DNA of 64,000 bases from Candidatus Kuenenia stuttgartensis (GTDB lineage: Bacteria; Planctomycetota; Planctomycetia; Pirellulales; UBA1268): NCBI GenBank assembly GCA_945897435.1, contig CAMDFJ010000002.1:6031-70030 (forward strand). Direction: 5' to 3'. The notes under the pieces were generated by a model, which saw nothing but the letters and a program-made list of their open reading frames with translations, did no database searches and had not been told where the DNA came from. A program made the position numbers and the translations under genes. Shown piece after piece: positions 7,300 to 18,049 of this stretch (positions are counted from its first letter, which is position 1; each line of letters opens with the position of its first letter).

Positions 7300-9204
7300 T
7301 CACTCACCGCCAATCAGGGAATCGAGCTTCTTCTCGAGATCCGTGATGACGAGGTTTCGGTCGACCACTTTCCCCTCGGCGTCGAGCAGAAACATCGTGG
7401 GCAGCGTGAGCACGCCCAGTTCTTCGGCAAGCCGGCCATCGAGCCCACCAGCCTCGTGAAGCTGCGGCCAGGGGATCGGCTTGGCGGCCAGAAACTTGGC
7501 CAGTTGCTGCTTGTCGGAATCGAGTGCGATCCCCACGACGGCAAACTTCTTGGGGCCGTATTTCGCGTAGAGCTCGCGGATCTGGGCAATATCGACCTTG
7601 CAGGGCTCGCACCATGTCGCCCAGTAGTGAACCAGCAGCGGCTTTCCACGGAGCGCATCGAGCGACACCGGCTTGCCGTCGACCGACGTGCCCTTGAGCA
7701 CGAGCTGCTTGCCGACGCTTTCGAGCCGACGAGCCGCCCCGCGGGCCTTCTTCGCGGAGAGGGAGTCAGGAAACGCCTGCACGATCGCGGTGTAGCGTTC
7801 GAGGGCCGCCTTCTCCTCGCCGGAGAATTCGTCCGAGATTCCCATCTGGAGCATCGCCTCGGCGGCGTCGGCGGCCTTCGGATAGGTGTCGACAAACTGC
7901 TTCAGCTCCTCGAGCCAGGTCGCCTGCACCTTGCCGACGTCGGCACCCGGTTGCTGCATGTTGGCGGCATACCGGGCCGAAGCGATCCGAAAGGCCACGA
8001 ACGCGGCCAGGGATTCGTCCCCCCCGACCGACTTGGCCAGGGCTTCGAGCTTCCCGATGCCGTCCGGAAGCATCCCCTCCTGAACGCCAGCGGCGATGGT
8101 CTCGGCGAGCTGCCTCACCCAGAACGGTTTTTCGGATTCGTCGGCCGCGGCGACCACCTGCTCCAGCACGCCAACCTGCTCGCCGGCCACCTGGCCGCGG
8201 GCCTTCGGGTCGGCCGCCGAGAGCCGCCCCTCGATCTCCCGCAATTTGGCCAGCAGGGGCTTGAGCCGCTCGCTTTCCGCCGGGCCGCCGTCGGAGCCGC
8301 GTTCGCCCATGCGGGGCGAGAAGAACCCTATCGAATCAGCAATCTCGCCGTTGGCGCCGGGCAGCTGCGGCAGATCGACCGGCCGCCAGACATCGCCTGT
8401 TTTCATCAGTGAGCCGACATACACCTGCCCCGCCTTGCCGCCGCCATCACCGTCGACGAGGGCAACGACGTTGTCGTAGGCCAAAAGATCGGCGGAATAC
8501 CCCGTTGAACCAGCCGGCAGGACGCCCGGGTGCGGGGCGAGCATGTTGTTCCATTTGGCACCGGGGCCGATCTGCTTCTGACCGGCAGCCAAGCCGGCAA
8601 ACCCCTTTGCCGCGGCGGCTGCCCGGGCCGTCAACTGGGAGAGCAGCGGCTCCTCGATGCCGGCCTTTTCAAGATCCGCCTTCGCAGGAAGCAGCCTCGC
8701 AAACGCTGCCGCATCCTGGGATCCAAGGGCCTCGACGATCTCCGCCGTGGCCTCCTCGGCGGAGATCACCTTCCAGGCATCGAGAACCCCGTTTTCGTCC
8801 TGGTCGACGCCCCAGCGGGTCCCTGCCGCACCGAGCCAACGGGCCTGATCGGCCTTGGCATTGTGGTTGGAATCGATGTCGCGATAGACCTCGGAACCGT
8901 CTTTGTAATAGCTCCAACGATCGACCACGCGGTCGGCATTGGTGTCTGCGAACGACCGCAGCACCTCTCCTCGAGGCCCGCGAACCACCCAGGCGTTCAC
9001 CCCACCTTCCTTCTCCATCTTGATCGTGCAGTTTTTTGCCTGCTCGGGAGTCACGCGGTCATATTCCACGTTCTTCTGGAACGGGGCCAACCCCAAGGCG
9101 TAATCGACCGTGGGCTGGGCCTCCGCCGTGGCTGCGACCAGGGCAGAGAGGACTGTGAAAACTGCCGCGATGCGGCGGGCGAAAGAGCAGACCTTCATGG
9201 TCAT
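7300..9204 (-). CDS. TlpA-family thiol:disulfide oxidoreductase with long N-terminal TPR-like/secreted region
   Basis: Signal peptide (VFTVLSALVAATAEAQ). C-terminal redoxin domain with GKPLLVHYWATWCEPCKVDIAQI (WCxxC active site) and LPTMFLLDAEGKVV. Confidence 0.85.
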   Translation of the reverse strand: MTMKVCSFARRIAAVFTVLSALVAATAEAQPTVDYALGLAPFQKNVEYDRVTPEQAKNCTIKMEKEGGVNAWVVRGPRGEVLRSFADTNADRVVDRWSYYKDGSEVYRDIDSNHNAKADQARWLGAAGTRWGVDQDENGVLDAWKVISAEEATAEIVEALGSQDAAAFARLLPAKADLEKAGIEEPLLSQLTARAAAAAKGFAGLAAGQKQIGPGAKWNNMLAPHPGVLPAGSTGYSADLLAYDNVVALVDGDGGGKAGQVYVGSLMKTGDVWRPVDLPQLPGANGEIADSIGFFSPRMGERGSDGGPAESERLKPLLAKLREIEGRLSAADPKARGQVAGEQVGVLEQVVAAADESEKPFWVRQLAETIAAGVQEGMLPDGIGKLEALAKSVGGDESLAAFVAFRIASARYAANMQQPGADVGKVQATWLEELKQFVDTYPKAADAAEAMLQMGISDEFSGEEKAALERYTAIVQAFPDSLSAKKARGAARRLESVGKQLVLKGTSVDGKPVSLDALRGKPLLVHYWATWCEPCKVDIAQIRELYAKYGPKKFAVVGIALDSDKQQLAKFLAAKPIPWPQLHEAGGLDGRLAEELGVLTLPTMFLLDAEGKVVDRNLVITDLEKKLDSLIGGE

Positions 9205-9362
9205 GGTGCGGTTCCTTCCGGTTCGGGGACCCCAGAAACGTAGCCGGAAAGGGGTTCTGCGCCAGCGCCATTTTTCGCCGGCCCCGCCGGCCCCGGCCGA
9301 AGGCGGCCATCCCCTTTGAATTCGGCCCTCGCAGACCTACACTCGGCAGCGGATGGTTTCCG

Positions 9363-9436
9363 GCGCGCGTAGCTCAGTTGGTTAGAGCGCTACCCTGATA
9401 AGGTAGAGGTCCCAAGTTCGAATCTTGGCGCGCGCA
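9363..9436 (+). tRNA. tRNA-Ile (anticodon GAU)
   Basis: GCGCGCG-TA-GCTC-AGTTGGTTA-GAGC-G-CTACC-CTGATAA-GGTAG-AGGTC-CCAAG-TTCGAAT-CTTGG-CGCGCGC-A forms a complete cloverleaf by hand. Confidence 0.95.
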
Positions 9437-9444
9437 TATGGATG

Positions 9445-9570
9445 GAGGCCGCGGTCCCGGCCGCGGCAGAGGGCAGGCGAGGCCGCGGTCCCGGCCGCGG
9501 CGGTGAGGGCAGGAACTTCGCGGAAGGAAATGCCGTTGTACGGACACCATGTCCCGGCCGCGGCGGTAGC
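9445..9570 (+). repeat. tandem GC-hairpin repeats in the tRNA-Ile/tRNA-Ala spacer
   Basis: GAGGCCGCGGTCCCGGCCGCGGCAGAGGGCAGG at 9445-9477 and GAGGCCGCGGTCCCGGCCGCGGCGGTGAGGGCAGG at 9479-9513, plus a half copy GTCCCGGCCGCGGCGGTAGC at 9551-9570. Each full copy can form GCCGCGG-UCCCGG-CCGCGGC, a 7-bp stem. Confidence 0.75.
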
Positions 9571-9583
9571 TTCAGCCAAAAAT

Positions 9584-9657
<74 letters not shown>

Positions 9658-9817
9658 TTTTCTTCGGGGCCTGCAGGGCAGCCCGCGGAACGCACCACGA
9701 TCGGCTCTATGCAACGGTCAGGCGTTCCTGAATAATCGTTTTTCCGCCCGCATCCCGCCTTCTCCCCCCGAAGCCTGCTCGCCCCATGCGAGCCGGCCAA
9801 CCCCCGAGTCGCCACCC

Positions 9818-11668
9818 ATGTCCGCCACCGCCACTCCCGCCCCCTCTCCTGCCGTCGAGCGCCGCACCGACATTCGCAACATCGCGATCATCGCCCACGT
9901 CGATCACGGCAAGACGACGCTCGTCGACTGCCTGCTCCGCCAGAGCGGTCAGTTTCGGGCCAGCCAGCTCTCCGGGGAGCGAATTCTCGACTCGAACGAC
10001 CTCGAACGGGAGCGGGGCATCACGATCCTCGCCAAGAACATCGCCGTCGAGTGGAAGGGGGTGAAGATCAACATCATCGACACCCCGGGCCACGCCGACT
10101 TCGGCGGCGAGGTGGAGCGGGTGCTACGGATGGCAGACGGGGCGCTGGTGCTCGTCGATGCCGCGGAAGGCCCGATGCCACAGACCCGGTTCGTGCTCTC
10201 GAAGGCCCTCGAGGCGAGGCTTCAGCCGGTGGTGGTCGTCAACAAGATCGACCGGCCCGACGCCCGCCCGCTGGAGGTGCTCGACGAGGTCCTCGGCCTG
10301 TTTCTCGAACTCGGTGCCGATGACGAACTGGCCGATTTCCCCTTCGTCTATTCATCCTCCCGGGAGGGTTTTGCCACCCACGACCCGACGGTCCGGACCG
10401 GCTCGATGGAACCACTCCTCGACCTGGTTCTGGCGAAGATCCCTGGCCCAAAGGTCGCCCGCAACGCCCCGCTGCAGATGCTCGTCACCACGCTCGACTG
10501 GTCGGACTACGTCGGCCGGATCGCCATCGGCCGGATCGAGTCGGGCCGGATCACGAAGGGTGCTCCGGTGGTCCGGTCGAGGGCGGATGGCACGTTCGTG
10601 CCGTCCAAGATCGTCGGCCTGCAGGTCTTCGACAAACTCGGCCGGGTCGACGCCGAAGAGGCGACGGCGGGCGACATCGCGGCGATCAGCGGCGTCGAGA
10701 ACGTCGAGATCGGCGACACGATCTGCGACCCCAACGACCCCCGGCCCCTGGAGCGGCTCTCTGTCGACGAGCCCACGCTGTCGATGGTATTCGGGGTGAA
10801 CTCGTCTCCCCTGGCGGGCCGGTCGGGAAAATATCTCACCACCCGGCACCTTCGCGATCGCCTCACCAAGGAACTCGAGAAAAACGTCGCCCTGAAGGTC
10901 GAGCCGATCGAGGGGAGCGAGCAGTTCAGTGTTTCGGGCCGCGGCCTCCTGCACCTCTCTGTGCTGATCGAGACGATGCGCCGCGAGGGCTATGAACTCT
11001 CGGTCGGCAAGCCCCGCGTCATCCTCCACAAGGAGGGCGACAAGACGATGGAGCCCTTCGAGACGCTGGTCGTCGAGGTGCCCCACGACAAACTCGGCCC
11101 GGTGATGGAACTGACCGGAGCCCGCCGCGGCCAGCTCGTTCACATGGGCAACCGCGGCGAGTTTGCCCACGCGGTCTTTTCCATTCCCGCCCGCGGACTG
11201 ATCGGCCTGCGAACCCGAGTGCTCAACGCCACTCAGGGCACGGCGATCATGCACCACAGGTTCGAGAAGTGGAGCCCGATGGAGGGGGAAGTCGCCGGCC
11301 GTGCCAATGGCGTGCTGATCTCGATGGTGCCGGGGAAGGCGGTCGCCTTCGGCCTCGACGGGCTGCAGGAGCGGGCCGAACTGTTCATCGAGCCTGGCGA
11401 CGAGGTCTACGAGGGCATGGTCTGCGGCGAGAACGCCCGCAACGAGGACATGATCGTCAACCCGACCAAGGAAAAGAAACTCACGAACATGCGGGCCACT
11501 GGCAGCGACCGCAACATCCTGCTCAAGCCACCCCGGCGAATGTCGCTCGAGGAGTCGCTCGAATACATCGAAGACGACGAACTCGTCGAGGTCACGCCCG
11601 ACGTGATCCGGCTGCGAAAGATTCTCCTCTCCGAGCACGACCGCAAGCGACAGAGCCGAGGAAAGTAG
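9818..11668 (+). CDS. typA: translational GTPase TypA/BipA
   Basis: [19 protein letters not shown] (G1), [12 protein letters not shown] (G3), NKIDRP (G4), EF-G-like domain order and a length of 616 aa. Confidence 0.95.
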   Translation: MSATATPAPSPAVERRTDIRNIAIIAHVDHGKTTLVDCLLRQSGQFRASQLSGERILDSNDLERERGITILAKNIAVEWKGVKINIIDTPGHADFGGEVERVLRMADGALVLVDAAEGPMPQTRFVLSKALEARLQPVVVVNKIDRPDARPLEVLDEVLGLFLELGADDELADFPFVYSSSREGFATHDPTVRTGSMEPLLDLVLAKIPGPKVARNAPLQMLVTTLDWSDYVGRIAIGRIESGRITKGAPVVRSRADGTFVPSKIVGLQVFDKLGRVDAEEATAGDIAAISGVENVEIGDTICDPNDPRPLERLSVDEPTLSMVFGVNSSPLAGRSGKYLTTRHLRDRLTKELEKNVALKVEPIEGSEQFSVSGRGLLHLSVLIETMRREGYELSVGKPRVILHKEGDKTMEPFETLVVEVPHDKLGPVMELTGARRGQLVHMGNRGEFAHAVFSIPARGLIGLRTRVLNATQGTAIMHHRFEKWSPMEGEVAGRANGVLISMVPGKAVAFGLDGLQERAELFIEPGDEVYEGMVCGENARNEDMIVNPTKEKKLTNMRATGSDRNILLKPPRRMSLEESLEYIEDDELVEVTPDVIRLRKILLSEHDRKRQSRGK

Positions 11669-11687
11669 CCGGCCCCCGCGAGCACCT

Positions 11688-12449
11688 TCAAAACTCGTAG
11701 ACCTCGCCGGGGCGAACGAGTTCTACGTTCGGAAGCCGCATCGCCTCCAGTTCGGCTGCGATCTGGGCTGCATAGCGGGTCTTGCGGTGGACGATGATCC
11801 AGCGGGCGTCGGTGGAAAGTTTGCGGATCTCCTCGGCAAACGAGGTCGTGCAATGATGGCCCGTCATTCGGGCAAGGTCAGCCAGTGCCGCAGGGAAACT
11901 GACCTCGAGAAACACAGCCCGCAGGTTCCGCAGGCCGGCCAGCGTGTCCCAGAGCAGTTGCGTCGGGCCGGTATCCGAGGGAAATGCAACGGCCGATCTG
12001 CCGTCGTCGACGATCAGGCCGAGCGTATCGATGCCGTGGGATACAGGCACGGGCGTCAATCTGATTCCCGCCCGCTGCACCGCCACGAGTGGCTCGATCG
12101 CGGTCGTCTCCAGAAACCGGTCGTCAGGTCGGGAGAGTTCGAAGAAGTCGGGCCAGACACGACCATTGAAGATGTCCGCATGGATGAAGTCGAGCACCTT
12201 CTGGGAGGCGAGGAGTTCGATCGCATCAGGCCCCGGGGCGTAGACATTCTCCAGGAAGATCGGCAGCGAGGCGATGTGGTCGAGATGCTCGTGGGTGATG
12301 AAGACGTGCCGGATCGCCTCCTGACGGCGTAGGTCTGCCAGAAAACCGATCGATCCGGCATCGATGGCGATCGAGTCGTTCACCAGAAACGACACGAGAT
12401 ACTGATTGGCGGACGACGGAATGCTGGAGGGGAGAAGTTCGATCCGCAT
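11688..12449 (-). CDS. MBL-fold metallo-hydrolase, class-II 3',5'-cyclic-nucleotide phosphodiesterase-like
   Basis: VFITHEHLDHIASLP contains the HxHLDH core of the class-II cNMP phosphodiesterase signature. The N-terminal QYLVSFLVNDSIAIDAGS is typical of that family. Lies 46 nt downstream of the cNMP-binding channel gene on the same strand. Confidence 0.7.
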   Translation of the reverse strand: MRIELLPSSIPSSANQYLVSFLVNDSIAIDAGSIGFLADLRRQEAIRHVFITHEHLDHIASLPIFLENVYAPGPDAIELLASQKVLDFIHADIFNGRVWPDFFELSRPDDRFLETTAIEPLVAVQRAGIRLTPVPVSHGIDTLGLIVDDGRSAVAFPSDTGPTQLLWDTLAGLRNLRAVFLEVSFPAALADLARMTGHHCTTSFAEEIRKLSTDARWIIVHRKTRYAAQIAAELEAMRLPNVELVRPGEVYEF

Positions 12450-12495
12450 CTGGGTGGGTTCCTAGGCCTCTCGGGCCCGGCGGGGCCGGGCTCGA

Positions 12496-14028
12496 TCAGG
12501 TGGCGAAGAAATCTCGGATCTTGCAGAAGATGTCCTGCGGTTCGGGCACGGGACGACCGGCCCCGGCCATCGCCTTGCTCCGTTCCGCAAGCCGGATGCG
12601 GAGCGCCGAGCCCATCTCCTCGATCAGTCCGGGCTCGGCCTCGATCAATTCCCTGAACGACTGCTTGCCCACTTTGAGCAGCCGGGATTCCGACTTCGTC
12701 GTCACCGTGGCCACGCGGGGGGCTCCCGTCATCAGCGACATCTCGCCGAAGTAATCGCCCGGCCCGAGCGAGCCGAGCGGCACGGGCGGTCCATCCCCAT
12801 CGCGTGCCGTCACCTCGACCTCGCCGCCCATGATGACGTACATGCTCTGGCCATCCTCCCCCTGGCGGATGATCTGCTCGCCGGCCGCGTAGATCCGCTC
12901 GTCGTTGTGCTCGGCGATCAGCCGCACCTGCTGCGGCCCGAGCGACGCAAGCAGTCCGATCGATTCGAGGCATCGCACCCGCCTTTCGATCACCGCATCG
13001 GCCGGCTCCGGGGGAGGAGGCGGTGGCAGCGGCGTGAGTCGAATCGCCTGAGTGGCGACCGGGATCTCGATGCCATTGCGGGCGAGGGCGTACCAGATCC
13101 TGTCGCGGGCCATGCCGTCGACGCGGTCGCGCTTGTCGAACTCGGTGGTGAACAGCCGCACCCAGTGCTCGACGCCGCGTTCCTTGAAGTCGTTGGTCAC
13201 GACCGACGGGGCGGGTTTTTCCAGGACTCCGAAACTGCCGCGGATCGCCTCGAGAATGATGGCCTGTACCCGCTGGGGTGACACGTCGTAGGGGGTGACC
13301 ACGTAGAGCGACCGCCGCGACCAGGGATCGGGCTTGGTGAAATTGCGGATCGAGGCCTGGGCAAGCTGGCCGTTTGGGATGATCACGTAGGCCTCGTCGA
13401 GCGTGATCACCTTCGTGGCCCGCCAGTTGATCTCGACGACACGGCCGATATGGGCCGGGTTTGCATCGTATTGAATCCAGTCTCCGATCTCGAACGGGTG
13501 TTCGGCGTGGATCGCCAGGCCGGCGAACACGTTGCCCAGGGTGTCCTTGAGGGCGAAGCCGAGGGCGGCCGTGATCAGGGCCGATCCGGTCAGGAGTTCT
13601 CCGGCGTTGATGCCGGCCTCCCAGAGCACGATCAGGAGCGCGGCCGCAAACGTCAGCCAGCGGAGCACGTCCAGAAATATCTTCGGCATCGGGCTGGCAA
13701 ACCGTTCCCAGCCGCTGACCGCGAACACCATCAGCAGCGACTGCAGGAGCGAGGCGATCACGAAGAATCGCAGGATGTAGTGGGCCGGCGGAGCGGCTTC
13801 GGCCGTGACGGGCATCACGAAGGACAGACCCAGCATCGCGAGGGCGATGAAGAGCAAGGCGATCGGCCCCCAGGCGAGCCAGCGGCGGCCCCGGGGCGAA
13901 CTGGCCAGAAAAAAGGCCAGGGCTACCAGGGCGAGCACGATCTCCCGGGAGGCACCGACGTCGGTCCAGCCGGTCAGCGACCAGAGGGTGCGATCGAGGA
14001 CGTCGTTGGGAACTGAACTCGGCTGCAT
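12496..14028 (-). CDS. MscS-family mechanosensitive channel with C-terminal cyclic-nucleotide-binding domain (bCNG-type)
   Basis: Several N-terminal TM helices. MscS core [23 protein letters not shown]...[30 protein letters not shown]-terminal CAP_ED-like domain [24 protein letters not shown]...[19 protein letters not shown]. Confidence 0.85.
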   Translation of the reverse strand: MQPSSVPNDVLDRTLWSLTGWTDVGASREIVLALVALAFFLASSPRGRRWLAWGPIALLFIALAMLGLSFVMPVTAEAAPPAHYILRFFVIASLLQSLLMVFAVSGWERFASPMPKIFLDVLRWLTFAAALLIVLWEAGINAGELLTGSALITAALGFALKDTLGNVFAGLAIHAEHPFEIGDWIQYDANPAHIGRVVEINWRATKVITLDEAYVIIPNGQLAQASIRNFTKPDPWSRRSLYVVTPYDVSPQRVQAIILEAIRGSFGVLEKPAPSVVTNDFKERGVEHWVRLFTTEFDKRDRVDGMARDRIWYALARNGIEIPVATQAIRLTPLPPPPPPEPADAVIERRVRCLESIGLLASLGPQQVRLIAEHNDERIYAAGEQIIRQGEDGQSMYVIMGGEVEVTARDGDGPPVPLGSLGPGDYFGEMSLMTGAPRVATVTTKSESRLLKVGKQSFRELIEAEPGLIEEMGSALRIRLAERSKAMAGAGRPVPEPQDIFCKIRDFFAT

Positions 14029-14241
14029 GAATCGGCGTTACTGGCGGATTCGGGGGCGGGTTGGCCGCTCATTGTGCTGGCTGGGGCGAATCCCGGCAAA
14101 CGCCCTGTGGAGGAGATTGGCGGCCGATTCAGCCGCTCCCCGCCTGCAACCCCGAGGCATGGACGGCCGGGCCCCGACCCGGTATTCTTTCGGTCTTGCC
14201 GAGGTCTTCAATCGGTTCGTTTTCACGGCTTCAGGAACGGT

Positions 14242-14436
14242 ATGGTCAAGCTCACGGTTCGCGAACGGGAAAGCATCCAGGAGGCGGTTCGACGCTTCCG
14301 CAAGTTGGTCGAGCGGAGCGGCATCAAGAAGGAGATGCGTCGCCGCGAGTTCTTTGAGAAGCCGAGCGAGACCAAGCGTCGTGCCCGACTCCGTGCCGAA
14401 CGGCGGACCAAGCGGAATCGCCTGCTGGGCGTCTAG
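14242..14436 (+). CDS. rpsU: 30S ribosomal protein S21
   Basis: Track ORF 14074..14436 trimmed to ATG at 14242. [52 protein letters not shown] is a typical S21 sequence. Confidence 0.9.
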   Translation: MVKLTVRERESIQEAVRRFRKLVERSGIKKEMRRREFFEKPSETKRRARLRAERRTKRNRLLGV

Positions 14437-14533
14437 TCCCTGCTGGGCGTTGCGTCGCCGCCGCCGGGGCGAGCGGCTTTCCTGCGGTCGAGGAGGCAGA
14501 TTCTCCTCCAGACGAAATCCTGAGACGCAGTTC

Positions 14534-15757
14534 TTAGAAGTTGTGCGTCAGCCTGAAGAAGGCACCGTCGTAACTGAGGCTCGAACTGGTCAGGGGAACC
14601 CGGTCCGGACCGACGCTCGCGACGCCTGTCGGGATCGTCTCTGAATAGCCCAGCTGGCCCCAGTACATCAGCATCCAACCGGCCGAGAACGAGGTTCGCT
14701 GCGTCATCTGCCAGGTCGCTCCGAGCGTGATGTCGAAATTGGGGATCACCAGATTTCCCCCAGCGGTCTGGGTCTGGACGTTGGTCAGTGAATCCTGAGT
14801 ATTGACCCGTGTATCGACGTTCTGCACGCCGCCGACGAGCAGGGCGGCGGCCCCGGAACCGAACACGCTCCATCTCGCATCGGCCCCGAGATAGCGACGT
14901 CCCTGGAGGGCGAGTCTGGGTCCGATCCCGGAAAAGCCTCTGGCGGTTGTCAGGAAGATCGTGTTTTGCAGGCCAAGAGCCGACTGGTCGTTGAACACGT
15001 TCGTCGAGACGCCGACATCGGCAAACCGCAGGCCGATGGCCGTGGCAGCCTCCCAGCGGGAACCGCCGTTGGCCGGACCGCAGCGGTCCGGATTGATGCG
15101 ACCGGCGACTTCGAGGTCGTAGACGTCGAGTTGGACGCCTGCAGTGGATCGGATCGACTGTCCTGCCGCGGCTGCGGAGGTGTCGTAGGGGCCGAAAAAC
15201 GCCGTGCCGTTTCCGCTGGCGATCGGGGCGTTGCAGACGCCACCAACCGTGGGGGACGAGGCGTCGATCGTCAGGTAGCCAAATCGCAGCATCCAGTCTT
15301 CGTTGAGGCGATAGCCGATGAAGCCCCGCACGCCGCTCGCATAGCCGAAGTCATAGTTCAGTGCGGTGTTGGCGAGCGTGTTGCCGCCCGAAATCGTGGA
15401 CTGGTAGACGGCAGTCGCATTGCTGAACGTCGGCCGCAGCAGAAGATATTCGGCGCCGACCGTCAGACGGTCCCGAAGGAGAAACCAGGATCGCTCGTCG
15501 CCGCTCGATGGCAGAGACGTGTCGTCGCTTACCTCCTCGACGAACGAACCATCCACGCCGTCGGCAAAGGCAATCGCCGCAGACCCCGGATCCTCGATCA
15601 GGATCGACTGGTCAGGAGGCTTGATCTGGTCGTCGCCGGCCGCACTGCCCCGCAGCAGTCCTGTCGAGAGGATCGCGAATCCGAGCATTGCCGTCGCGGC
15701 AGTACCACAAATCTGCTTCCGGAAGGACTGGCGGATGATGGATGGAAAACCCTTCAT
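14534..15757 (-). CDS. outer-membrane beta-barrel protein (BBP7/Lpg1974-like)
   Basis: N-terminal signal/anchor, alternating beta-strand-like pattern throughout, and a C-terminal aromatic OMP signature (...YDGAFFRLTHNF). The family name is my best recollection and is not verified. Confidence 0.65.
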   Translation of the reverse strand: MKGFPSIIRQSFRKQICGTAATAMLGFAILSTGLLRGSAAGDDQIKPPDQSILIEDPGSAAIAFADGVDGSFVEEVSDDTSLPSSGDERSWFLLRDRLTVGAEYLLLRPTFSNATAVYQSTISGGNTLANTALNYDFGYASGVRGFIGYRLNEDWMLRFGYLTIDASSPTVGGVCNAPIASGNGTAFFGPYDTSAAAAGQSIRSTAGVQLDVYDLEVAGRINPDRCGPANGGSRWEAATAIGLRFADVGVSTNVFNDQSALGLQNTIFLTTARGFSGIGPRLALQGRRYLGADARWSVFGSGAAALLVGGVQNVDTRVNTQDSLTNVQTQTAGGNLVIPNFDITLGATWQMTQRTSFSAGWMLMYWGQLGYSETIPTGVASVGPDRVPLTSSSLSYDGAFFRLTHNF

Positions 15758-15802
15758 GCCGGTCTTATCGGCGGCAGAGTGCCGATAGATCCAGCAAAAT
15801 CG

Positions 15803-16669
15803 TCAGACTTTGCCCGTCTTGCGCCGAACCCCAAGCCGGAAGGCTGCGAGGGCGGCACCGGCCGCCACGACAGAGACAATTCCCGCCGGTTCGGGCACGG
15901 GCTGAATGGCAGCCGCCGTCTGGATCCCAAATTCCCGGCCTCCTGCATAGAACGGCACCCGCGGGACCGTGGCCAGATCGTAGGTGGGGGCCGGTTCGAG
16001 AAGCGAGACGCCGACAGGTTCACCTGAACGGGTGAACTGCACCTCCTCACCCAACAGTTCCTGCCCCACGAGCAGCGTGACCGTGCCGTATTGCTTGTTC
16101 CTGACAGACATCGCAGACAGGCCACCGAAGGGCTGGAACAGGTTTTGGTTCATCGTGTACTCGCCCGCTCGGGCCGAGGTGAAGAGCCGCATGCTGGCCG
16201 ACTTCCCGGGGAGGACGGCGTCGTTGAACTGAAGCTGGCAGACGAGGCTGCTCTCGTCCCAATTCCAGGCCGCGGCACCAGGCGTTTCCATCCACTCGAC
16301 GCCGGAGACGCGGGCATCCGAAGTCGAAAGGTCGAGATTGGCGCCGACGATGCTGTCGCTCTGGGAGAGGTTGGTGATCCGCAGGAAAGGATTGGCCTCA
16401 GCCACAAGCCGGTCGAAGAAGTTTTGTTGACCGCTGAGCGTGTTGACCACCGGATCGTTCCGGTTGTCGAGCCAGACGAGATTTGAGGCGATCTCGAGAC
16501 GAAACCGCTCCGCGTTGATCGTCTCGGCCATGGCCCGCGTCCCGGATGCGGCGTTCGCGACGACCATGGCGATACCGGCCACGATCAGGGCAAGACGGCG
16601 GAGAAGGGCGGGACGGAAACCCGAGGCACTCGTGCGACTGCAGGCTGACTGACGGGCGATCGTGTGCAT
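15803..16669 (-). CDS. PEP-CTERM sorting-domain protein
   Basis: The C-terminus IQPVPEPAGIVSVVAAGAALAAFRLGVRRKTGKV has the PEP motif, a TM helix and a basic tail. N-terminal signal-like segment. Confidence 0.8.
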   Translation of the reverse strand: MHTIARQSACSRTSASGFRPALLRRLALIVAGIAMVVANAASGTRAMAETINAERFRLEIASNLVWLDNRNDPVVNTLSGQQNFFDRLVAEANPFLRITNLSQSDSIVGANLDLSTSDARVSGVEWMETPGAAAWNWDESSLVCQLQFNDAVLPGKSASMRLFTSARAGEYTMNQNLFQPFGGLSAMSVRNKQYGTVTLLVGQELLGEEVQFTRSGEPVGVSLLEPAPTYDLATVPRVPFYAGGREFGIQTAAAIQPVPEPAGIVSVVAAGAALAAFRLGVRRKTGKV

Positions 16670-16955
16670 GGCTGGTTCGGGGCATTGCCAGAGAGTTCCT
16701 CATGGCGAGCCCGACCGGCTGGGAGTCAGGTCGAAAACCTGACGACGAAGGCACGTGAGTGCGAAGAGAGCAGGGGACAGGAGGCCAGAACGGGGAACAA
16801 AAAACCAAACCAACAATCGACAGAAGGCTGTCCAGAGAACTCGGCTCAACTTCGACCACGTACCCGGAAACCGGGTCGGACGCGGTCTGAGGAACTCACG
16901 AGCGGACTGCCTATTTCGAGAAATCCCGGGAAACCCTCCCGGCGACTTTTGAATA

Positions 16956-17963
16956 TTAGCCAGGGCTGTCCTGGATCGTCAAGTTTTGGGCAGAAAAATT
17001 TTTTGGGCCGGCATTCGGCCAGTCCAAAGCCACGTCCAGCCAGGCGGAATCGTGGGTCGGCCAGCCGGTGCTGACCCGTTCAACACCAGTTTCCGCCACG
17101 GTCCGGACGGTTTCCAGCCGGATGCCTCCGGAGGCCTCGAGGATCACCCCTGGGGCGGAACGATTCCTTTCTGCCACGGCCTCACGCAGGAGGTGGGGCG
17201 GCATATTATCGAGCAGAACGATGTCGGGACGGGCGGCCAAAACCTGCCCCAGTTGGCCGAGTGAATCGACTTCCACCTCCACAATCATCGCCCCGGCCCG
17301 CCCGGGAGGGAATGTTTCCGCCAGGAATCGACGGGCCATTTCCACCGCTGCGGCCGGGCCGACGCCAGTCGCCGCCAGTGCCGCCAGATGGTTGTCCTTG
17401 ATCAGAATCGCATCGTAGAGGCCGGTGCGATGGTTCCAGCCACCGCCGAGTCGCGTTGCCAGCTTGTCGAGCAGACGCCAGCCCGGCACGGTCTTTCGGG
17501 TGTCGTAGACCCGGCAGCGGGTTCCCGAGACCGCATCGACCAGCCTTCTGGTCGACGTCGCCACGCCCGACATCCGGCCGATCAGGTTGAGGATCGTCCG
17601 CTCGGCGACGAGCAGACTCCGGCTCGAGCCCGCAATCCGGGCCACCACCGTGCCCGCCTCGACGATCCCGCCATCCGCCACAAGGCCATGCCACCGCAGA
17701 TCCTCGTCCACGACCCGGGCCACGACCTCCGCTGCATCGAGCCCCGCCACGACACCAGATCGCCGGGCCACGACATCCAGTTCGGCCACTGCCCCCGGCT
17801 CGATGACGCAGAGGCTCGTCCAGTCGCACTCATGCCCGAGATCCTCGGCCAGCCACTGCCGGGCCAGCCCCTCGACATGCCCTGCCAGCCACGGGTTCCA
17901 GGCCGATTGCCGAAACTCCGGGCAAACCTCCGGAACCTGCGAAAGCTGTTCGGGTGTCATCAT
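16956..17963 (-). CDS. nadC: nicotinate-nucleotide diphosphorylase (carboxylating)
   Basis: ERTILNLIGRMSGVAT, YDTRKTVPGWR, GGGWNHRTGLYDAILIKDNH and LEASGGI motifs of quinolinate phosphoribosyltransferase. Confidence 0.9.
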   Translation of the reverse strand: MMTPEQLSQVPEVCPEFRQSAWNPWLAGHVEGLARQWLAEDLGHECDWTSLCVIEPGAVAELDVVARRSGVVAGLDAAEVVARVVDEDLRWHGLVADGGIVEAGTVVARIAGSSRSLLVAERTILNLIGRMSGVATSTRRLVDAVSGTRCRVYDTRKTVPGWRLLDKLATRLGGGWNHRTGLYDAILIKDNHLAALAATGVGPAAAVEMARRFLAETFPPGRAGAMIVEVEVDSLGQLGQVLAARPDIVLLDNMPPHLLREAVAERNRSAPGVILEASGGIRLETVRTVAETGVERVSTGWPTHDSAWLDVALDWPNAGPKNFSAQNLTIQDSPG

Positions 17964-18049
17964 GGTGGCTCGGGCGGGGACGGGGGCGGCAGCGAAGCCG
18001 TGGCTCGCCTATCCTACAGATGCGGCGGCACCTGGAAACCATCACGCTC

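Noticed and set aside
9445-9570. Possible CRISPR-like array, given repeated GC-rich palindromic units between the two tRNAs.
   Set aside because: There are only two full units and one half unit. The units are directly adjacent with no unique spacers of CRISPR length, and no cas genes occur in the window.
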